A stretch of DNA of 42,036 nucleotides from Candidatus Micrarchaeaceae archaeon. Lineage in GTDB: Archaea; Micrarchaeota; Micrarchaeia; Micrarchaeales; CABMGC01. The DNA is taken from the NCBI GenBank assembly GCA_038878295.1, contig JAVZVY010000003.1, positions 1 to 42,036 on the forward strand. The letters are read 5' to 3'. Position numbers and translations under genes: made by a program. The first letter of the stretch is position 1; every line of letters begins with the position of its first letter. The notes beneath the pieces are model-generated. The model saw only the letters and a program-made list of their open reading frames with translations, searched no databases and was not told the origin of the DNA. Of the stretch, positions 35,794 through 42,036 are shown piece after piece.

Positions 35794-36087
35794 ATGGCAA
35801 TATTGGTTGACATAAGCATAATACCGATTCCGAGCAATAGCACCAGCGCTTCCAAATACGTGAAGAAAGCTATTGAGATAATCAGGAAAAGCAAATTGAA
35901 GTACTATCCTGCGCCTGCAATGACCACAGTAGAGATAAATGATTTCTCTGAACTCGCAAATTTGCTCAGGCAGCTTTATGCAGAGATACTTGGAGATGAT
36001 GTAAAGCGCATGGAAACGATACTGAAAATAGACGTCAGGATAGATAAGGAGAATACTCTTGAAAGAAGACTTGCTGCGATAAGATAA
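35794..36087 (+). CDS. thiamine-binding protein (MTH1187/YqgV-like)
   Basis: DISIIP...SASKYV..AI, MTTVE and RMETILKIDVR.DK. Confidence 0.82.
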   Translation: MAILVDISIIPIPSNSTSASKYVKKAIEIIRKSKLKYYPAPAMTTVEINDFSELANLLRQLYAEILGDDVKRMETILKIDVRIDKENTLERRLAAIR

Positions 36088-36309
36088 TATATAACTTGTA
36101 GATAATTCGATTCTGAATAGTTGGATTTTATATTCTTAAACGGTTACATGCTTCAAAAGCAGTGATACCGATCAATTTTAGATAGCTGATAGAGATTCGT
36201 GCAGTCTCGCTTCTGCCTTTGCAAGCGCTTCTCCGTTGCGACTAATATAATGCTTTAAAATTTATAATTTTTATATGCAAATAATTCGCTTGGTTTTAGA
36301 GCCTTTAAG

Positions 36310-38088
36310 CTACCATGATTCTATTCTTTCCCTGAGCTTGTAGTACTCGTTCCACAGCCATTTTGGAAATCTCTCTCCAAAGCTTTCAAAGAAAGGCTTT
36401 ACCTCGTCAAGCTCCTTTATCCAGCCGGCCTTGTCGAACCTGAAAAGCTTTTCGAAGTCAGCTTCGCTTATGCTGCCCCTGTCAAAGCTTTCTTTGCTAG
36501 GCAGAAATCCTATAGGGCTTTCTATCGCTTCGACATTGCCGCTTATCCTTTCTGTTATCCACTTCAGCACGCGCATGTTGTCGCTGTATCCCGGCCAAAT
36601 GAAACTGCCGCTTTCGTCCTTCATAAACCAGTTTACATTGTATATCTTTGGTTTGTGCTCCAACTTGCTCAGCACTTTGTAGAAGTGATCGAAGTAGTCA
36701 GCCATGTTGTAACCGCAGAACGGCCTCATCGCCATCGGATCGTTTCTGACCACGCCGACTTTGCCCATGACAGCTGCGGTAGTCTCAGCCCTAAGCATAG
36801 CGCCAATCAAGACACCATGCTCAATGCTGTAGGCTTCATACACAAGGGGTATAAGCGAGCCCCTTCTGCCTCCGAAAAGCATCGCATCTATCTTAAGCCC
36901 TGAAGGCGAGCCGTAGCTGCTCGAGAGGCTTGGATACTGCATTATTGGCGTCGTGAACCTGGAATTGGGATGCGCAGCCGGCCCTTTAAAAACGGCGTTT
37001 CCCTGCCAGTCGAGTAGGCCGCTTGGCATATTGTCGCTAAGGCCTTCCCACCACACGGTGTTGTCTTTTGGATTGAGCGCCACGTTGGTGAATATTGTGT
37101 TGCTTTTTATGGTTTTCATGGCGTTTGCGTTTGTACGATAGTTTGTGCCAGGCACAACCCCAAAGAAGCCGTATTCAGGGTTAGTGGCTCTGAGCTCTCC
37201 CCCAATTATCTTGAGCCAGGATATGTCGTCGCTAAGAAGTTTTGCGCTCCAGCCTTTGTAGTCTGGAGGAGGAGATATCATTGCAAGATTGGTCTTGCCG
37301 CTTGCACTCGGAAACGCGCCAGTTATCCCATAGCTTTTGCCGTTTGGGTCTGTAACTTCTATTGCCATCATGTGCTCTACTAGCATATCAGTATTGCGGG
37401 CCCAATAGCTTTCTATCCTGAGGGCTTGACATTTCTTGCTCAGAAGCGCGTTGCCGCCGTATGCGGAATTTACTGTTATTATAAGCTTTTTGCTAGGGAA
37501 GTGAGCGATGTATTTTTTAGATGGATCTAGATTGCCCGTAGCCTGCACTCCTAAGACAAAGTCACCACGCTTAATCTGCTCTATTGCCTCTTCGCTTACA
37601 TTTGCTATTATCATTTGGTTTATTACCACGTATTTGCTGTCGGTTAGCTCTACGCCGCTCTTCGCAAACTCGGATTTAGGCGGACCTAGAAGGTATGGCA
37701 CCACGTACATGATTTTGTCCTTCATTATGCCCTTGAGTAAGCTTTTGAGGTTCTTTTCCATCTCGTCTTCGTCAGCCCAGTTATTCGTAGGGCCGGCATC
37801 GTCCTTGTTTTTAGTGCAGATGTATGTGCTTTCCTCGCTCCTTGCAACGTCGTTCTTGTCGCTTCTGTAAAGATAGGAATTCGGGTACTCCTTTTCGTTA
37901 AGTTTTATTAGTTCATGGCTATTGAGCAGTTCCTTTACAAGCTCATCGTACTCGCTCTTTGCGCCTTTAATTATTTTTATGTCGCTAGGCTCCATTATGT
38001 TGGCGAACTCCAAAACTTTCTGATACAGGGAACTGCTTATGGCTTTGAGATCCTTGATTTTTTCTTCCAGCGCTTCCATGCGTATCAT
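36310..38088 (-). CDS. pckG: phosphoenolpyruvate carboxykinase (GTP)
   Basis: DVARSE, YGGNALL.KKC, AFPSASGKTNLAM, DDI.W, NPEYGFFG, AHPNSRF and DPMAMRPF. Confidence 0.95.
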   Translation of the reverse strand: MIRMEALEEKIKDLKAISSSLYQKVLEFANIMEPSDIKIIKGAKSEYDELVKELLNSHELIKLNEKEYPNSYLYRSDKNDVARSEESTYICTKNKDDAGPTNNWADEDEMEKNLKSLLKGIMKDKIMYVVPYLLGPPKSEFAKSGVELTDSKYVVINQMIIANVSEEAIEQIKRGDFVLGVQATGNLDPSKKYIAHFPSKKLIITVNSAYGGNALLSKKCQALRIESYWARNTDMLVEHMMAIEVTDPNGKSYGITGAFPSASGKTNLAMISPPPDYKGWSAKLLSDDISWLKIIGGELRATNPEYGFFGVVPGTNYRTNANAMKTIKSNTIFTNVALNPKDNTVWWEGLSDNMPSGLLDWQGNAVFKGPAAHPNSRFTTPIMQYPSLSSSYGSPSGLKIDAMLFGGRRGSLIPLVYEAYSIEHGVLIGAMLRAETTAAVMGKVGVVRNDPMAMRPFCGYNMADYFDHFYKVLSKLEHKPKIYNVNWFMKDESGSFIWPGYSDNMRVLKWITERISGNVEAIESPIGFLPSKESFDRGSISEADFEKLFRFDKAGWIKELDEVKPFFESFGERFPKWLWNEYYKLRERIESW

Positions 38089-39287
38089 CTCGCATGCCTT
38101 TTGCAGAATTCTTCTATTCTTGTCACGGCTTCGCCGAGCACTTCCTTTTCAGGCAATGCCACTATCCTTATATGACCTGGCGAACCGAAGCCTGAGCCTC
38201 TGGTCAGCTGCACGTATTCTTCCAAAAGCAGCCTGCTCACAAATTCTTTGTCATCCTTCAGCCGGAGCGCGTCGAGCCTGATCTTCGGAAACACATAAAA
38301 CGCACCATGCGGCTCAACCGCTTGCATGTATTCGCTTTTGTTAACTTCACGCGTGACAAAAAGCACTCTTTGCTTTATTTTGTCGCGCAGCTCCCTCACG
38401 GATTTGCTGTGCCTATTCTCGTTGTTTATGCCTTCGGCAACCGCGTACTGAGCAGGAGTGTTAGCGGAAAGCCTCATTCTTGCTAGGTCTACAATTTTTT
38501 TAAGAAATTCTGTGCTCTTTTCATCTTCTTCCGGCAGAAGCATGTAGCCTATTCTAAAACCTGTCGCGTCTAGATTTTTCGAAGCGCCGTTCAGCACCAT
38601 ATGCGGAATCCCATTTGCCACTTCGGAGACGCTTGCAAAATTACCACCGAATATAAGCTCGTCGTATATTTCGTCGCTTATTAGGAAGAGGTCGTGATTT
38701 TTCGCTATTTCTACAATTTCTTCGAGTGTTCCTTTTTCCAAGACGCCTCCCGTGGGGTTGTTGGGATTTGTAATGAGCATATATTTCAGTCTGCGCGCCT
38801 TTTTCACGACCCGCTCTAGAGCGTCAGTGTCTATGGACCAGCCTTTGTCTTCGTCATAATCGGCAAATGAAGCGGTGCCGCCGACTATGTTAAGGTATGG
38901 CAGGTACGAAGGGTAGTATGGTCTTATTATAACTGCGCTGTCGCCCCTGTCTATAAGGGCCGTGTTTATGAAATAAAGGGCTTCGCTCAATCCTTGCGTT
39001 ATGACTATTCTGCTTGGGTCCACGTCTGTGCCGTAAAGCCTTTTGTGCCTCTTAGAAACGGCTTCGCGAAGCTCGGGAATGCCTTGCGAATCTGAATAGA
39101 AAGTGCGGTTGCTCTTCAGGGCTTTAATATAAGCGTTTATTATGTAGCTTGGCGTGCTGAAATACTTTGCCGGATCGCCTGTATTAAGCTTTATGACTTT
39201 TTTGCCAGCCTTTATGAGCTGCGCTGCTATGCTGTCGTCTTCCCTGATTGGACTTGCAGCAAATTTGCTCGCCTCGGAAACGAACAT
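38085..39287 (-). CDS. class I/II PLP-dependent aminotransferase (Ala/Asp aminotransferase-like)
   Basis: LNTGDP, YSDSQG...LR, NPNNPTG, SDEIY, SK...TGFRIG and GAFY. Start at ATG 39287 (AGTG + 5 nt). Confidence 0.92.
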   Translation of the reverse strand: MFVSEASKFAASPIREDDSIAAQLIKAGKKVIKLNTGDPAKYFSTPSYIINAYIKALKSNRTFYSDSQGIPELREAVSKRHKRLYGTDVDPSRIVITQGLSEALYFINTALIDRGDSAVIIRPYYPSYLPYLNIVGGTASFADYDEDKGWSIDTDALERVVKKARRLKYMLITNPNNPTGGVLEKGTLEEIVEIAKNHDLFLISDEIYDELIFGGNFASVSEVANGIPHMVLNGASKNLDATGFRIGYMLLPEEDEKSTEFLKKIVDLARMRLSANTPAQYAVAEGINNENRHSKSVRELRDKIKQRVLFVTREVNKSEYMQAVEPHGAFYVFPKIRLDALRLKDDKEFVSRLLLEEYVQLTRGSGFGSPGHIRIVALPEKEVLGEAVTRIEEFCKRHAR

Positions 39288-39486
39288 TTCACCACTAATC
39301 GCAGCGATCCCGTCGCACATTCGGGAAGCGCCACTGCGAGGGTTGAGCATTATGAACTTGTTGTGCTATCCGGGTTATAGAATTTTATCGGCAACCAATA
39401 TTTATATACTTATATATGTGGTTTAGACCGCAGCGATCTACCGTTGCCGCATGAAAAGTATTTTATTAGGAGCATGACATAATTAT

Positions 39487-40389
39487 ATGATGCAAGCCAA
39501 GAAATCAAGAGATTACGAGGCATACGCAGTCTATGGATTTATCCTCTTCCTAGCCAGCATTATCTTTGCAATTTTGATAGATTTGATACTCACGCGCCTT
39601 TCAGCTGGCATTGACGAAAAGCTCAGCATCGAGCTTATTGTAGTGATTGCGTTCGGTGCGACGATAATAGAAGTCCTTGGCAAGAGCGTATTCTTATATA
39701 TAACCAGCAGCGGGATAAAAGCAGAGGCCTCTCCGATAAGAAAGCTGATAAGAGCCATAGGCTACATAACCCTGTTCTTTGTGGCGCTTTCTGTGATTGG
39801 AGTCAACGTGACCGCCGCACTCATCAGCGCAGGTTTTCTTGGCGTGGTGCTCGGGCTTGCTGCGCAGTCTACCCTTGGAAACCTTTTTGCGGGCCTCGCG
39901 ATCATCCTTGCAAAGCCTTTGGAACCGGGCGATTACATAACGTTTGTCACCTGGCAGTATGGTGTTTTGCCTCCGACATTTCCGCATGATAAGCTGCTGC
40001 CAGGATTTTCTGGAACAGTTGACGAAGTAGGACTCATATACACCAAGATGATCGGCGAGGACAATACTCCAATATACATTCCAAACAGCATAATAAACCA
40101 AGCACTTATTCTGAACCACAGGGAAGCCAAAAAAAGGACGGTAAAACTCACCTTTGATGTGAGCAAAAAAGTGAAGCTTGAGATTTTGGAAAAGAGAATA
40201 AGCGAACTTCTTTCAAGAAAAGGGCTTGAGAAATTCTCTAAAATCAGCCTCGAATATGTTGGCGATACCTCCTACAGGGTGTCTTTGTATATAAGCGCCG
40301 GCTGGAGCGCACATGAAGAATCTGAAATGCGTGGGGAGATACTGAAGGAGGTTTATAAGGTAATAGCAATGCTCGAGAGGACGAGATGA
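39487..40389 (+). CDS. mscS: small-conductance mechanosensitive channel (MscS family)
   Basis: GVVLGLAAQSTLGNLFAG, GD.I, GTVDEVG..YT and IPNS. Confidence 0.9.
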   Translation: MMQAKKSRDYEAYAVYGFILFLASIIFAILIDLILTRLSAGIDEKLSIELIVVIAFGATIIEVLGKSVFLYITSSGIKAEASPIRKLIRAIGYITLFFVALSVIGVNVTAALISAGFLGVVLGLAAQSTLGNLFAGLAIILAKPLEPGDYITFVTWQYGVLPPTFPHDKLLPGFSGTVDEVGLIYTKMIGEDNTPIYIPNSIINQALILNHREAKKRTVKLTFDVSKKVKLEILEKRISELLSRKGLEKFSKISLEYVGDTSYRVSLYISAGWSAHEESEMRGEILKEVYKVIAMLERTR

Positions 40390-40730
40390 TGCGCGGGGAA
40401 GACCTCGATAACATAATGGATGTGCTGAATGAGGAAGAAAAAAGGGACAGCGGCTTTTACGCGCGGCAAGTCGCTGGGAAAGGCAGGATACTGGTGGGTC
40501 GCGTGGAGCATTTTTACGACAAGATAAATGTCGCAGCGATAAGGCTCGAGAAGCCGCTTAAACTAGGCGACATAATAGAGATAGGCACCGAAGAAGACGC
40601 GATAAGACAGCGCATAACGAGCATGCAGATAAACAGAAAGGACGTTGACGAAGCCGTTGCTGGCGATGATGTCGGAGTAAAGCTAAAACACAAAGTCGAA
40701 GAAGGTAGTAGCGTATATAAGATAATTTGA
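40386..40730 (+). CDS. small beta-barrel protein (translation factor domain II/U32 peptidase C-terminal-like)
   Basis: VGRVEHFYDKINVAAI...GD.I...SMQI....V..A..GD.VG. Confidence 0.7.
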   Translation: MMRGEDLDNIMDVLNEEEKRDSGFYARQVAGKGRILVGRVEHFYDKINVAAIRLEKPLKLGDIIEIGTEEDAIRQRITSMQINRKDVDEAVAGDDVGVKLKHKVEEGSSVYKII

Positions 40731-40739
40731 GGCGTGGCA

Positions 40740-41648
40740 ATGCCAAAGACGAATGGGGCACTGTCGGATTACAAGATAGTTTCAAGCTACAACGCAGCCG
40801 ATTTGTCTAGCAGCATAGCGAAAAAACTCTCCAAAGAGCACGGCACCGTTGAGCTCACAGAATTTCCAGATGGAGAATTCAAGATAAGGTTTGACGAAGA
40901 TTATAGGAATTCCAGAGTATTGCTAGTACATAGACTTTATCCTGAAGCCAGCCGCAGCGTAGTGGCTCTGCTTTTCATGCTCCACAAGCTGGCTGAGAAC
41001 GGCAATTCAATTGACATCTTCATACCTTACTTTGCATTCGGCAGGCAGGACAAAGAGTTTATAGGAGGAGAGGTCGTGTCTGCTGCGGCGCTGCTTCAGC
41101 TACTCCGGAAATACGGCGTGAAGAGGGTTTTCACATTTGACATGCACAGCAGGAGTGCAACCAACGTATCAGGATTGGAAGTAATCGATATGCCTACAGC
41201 GGCACTGCTTGCAAAATACGTAAATTCTGCGGTGAAAATGAAAAGCAAGATTGTCGTGGCGCCGGACAGGGGCGCAGAGGGGCGCGCAGCCGAAGCCGCA
41301 AATGAACTAGGGTGCGACCACATTTCGCTAGAAAAACGTAGGGACAGATATACTGGCGAGGTTTACACAAGCGAACCCGCTGAGAATTTCTCTGGCAAAG
41401 ACGCTCTAATCATCGATGATATAATATCTACAGGAGGCACCGTAGCAAACGCTTCTTTGATGCTAAAAAAGAAGGGCGCAAATGCCGTTTACGTCGCGTG
41501 CACGCACTATCTTTATTTGGCAGATACTGAAACAAAGCTCTTTAGCTCAGGAACTGATAAAATATTTGCTACCGATACAATAAATGGCAAATTCTCAAAG
41601 GTTGGAATCGCAGATGAATTTGCCAGCTTTTACGCGAAAAGTTTATGA
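40740..41648 (+). CDS. prs: ribose-phosphate pyrophosphokinase
   Basis: FPDGE, PYFAFGRQDK, DMH, APDRGA, DDIISTGGT and TH. Confidence 0.93.
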   Translation: MPKTNGALSDYKIVSSYNAADLSSSIAKKLSKEHGTVELTEFPDGEFKIRFDEDYRNSRVLLVHRLYPEASRSVVALLFMLHKLAENGNSIDIFIPYFAFGRQDKEFIGGEVVSAAALLQLLRKYGVKRVFTFDMHSRSATNVSGLEVIDMPTAALLAKYVNSAVKMKSKIVVAPDRGAEGRAAEAANELGCDHISLEKRRDRYTGEVYTSEPAENFSGKDALIIDDIISTGGTVANASLMLKKKGANAVYVACTHYLYLADTETKLFSSGTDKIFATDTINGKFSKVGIADEFASFYAKSL

Positions 41649-41702
41649 GCGCTGCTGTATATATTTGTTTGCAATTGCGTATACTAACTACGGTTGGGAT
41701 TT

Positions 41703-42036
41703 ATGCAGGAATTCGATGGATTTGTTGATGATATAAGGAACCTTGGCGGGATAGCGTTCATAAAACTGAATACGGCAACAGGATACAGACAGGTAACGAT
41801 AAACAAGAAACTCGCTAGCAAAGAGCTGCTCGATTCTTTAAGCAGGCTTACGCGGCAGTCTTGCATACGCGTCTTCGGTTCGGAGAGGCCCGACCCCACA
41901 ACGAAGGGTAGGATGGAGATAGTACCTACTTCGATAGAGATATTGAGCATTTCTGGGGAACCGCTTCCGCTGGACCCTTCAGGCAAAACGCCGGCCCTTC
42001 TTGACACAAGATTAGAGTGGCGCGCACTCGACCTCA
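41703..42036 (+). CDS. aspS: aspartate--tRNA ligase, archaeal type (5' part; runs off the window)
   Basis: Not in the ORF track. Manual translation gives the OB fold MQEFDGFVDDIRNLGGIAFIKL, then PLPLDP..KTPALLDTRLEWRALDL. Confidence 0.85.
   Translation, partial: MQEFDGFVDDIRNLGGIAFIKLNTATGYRQVTINKKLASKELLDSLSRLTRQSCIRVFGSERPDPTTKGRMEIVPTSIEILSISGEPLPLDPSGKTPALLDTRLEWRALDL

Noticed and set aside
36088-36309. 220-bp gap between convergent genes with TGATA...CTGA words
   Set aside because: Box spacing and termini do not fit a C/D guide RNA, and the open frames are very short.
1-42036. CRISPR array, rRNA or intact transposase
   Set aside because: No regularly spaced repeats, rRNA-like segment or full transposase ORF was seen.

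Overview
Archaeal chromosomal window, most consistent with a DPANN/Micrarchaeota (ARMAN-like) genome; this is an inference from gene content, form III RubisCO and non-canonically placed tRNA introns. Left to right it contains: (1) an AMP/nucleotide-salvage RubisCO module (apt, R15P isomerase, rbcL III, AMP phosphorylase) clustered with lower glycolysis (ppdK, apgM, eno); (2) an Lrp/DMT pair, uppS, DUF2070 and a polyprenol kinase; (3) tRNA-Ser-rps13-rps4-rps11 and a class II lysS; (4) a small island with two tandem proteasome-beta-like Ntn hydrolases; (5) a Tad-like type IV pilus operon; (6) argF, rps8e, Cgi121, PiT/PhoU, XPF, RIO1, aIF-1A and aIF-2beta; (7) SRP RNA plus tRNA-Ser, pckG, an aminotransferase, MscS, prs and the start of aspS. 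Main finding: many genes share an SD-like (G/A)GTG core placed 5 nt before the start codon. The same geometry points to near-cognate starts for three genes the ORF track mis-calls or misses: ATA and ACG for the two Ntn hydrolases (exposing Thr1/Ser1 exactly 16 residues before Asp17) and CTG for the last pilus-operon gene. Other findings: an SRP RNA apparently lacking helix 6, three of four tRNAs with D- or T-loop introns, and a frameshifted EamA gene.
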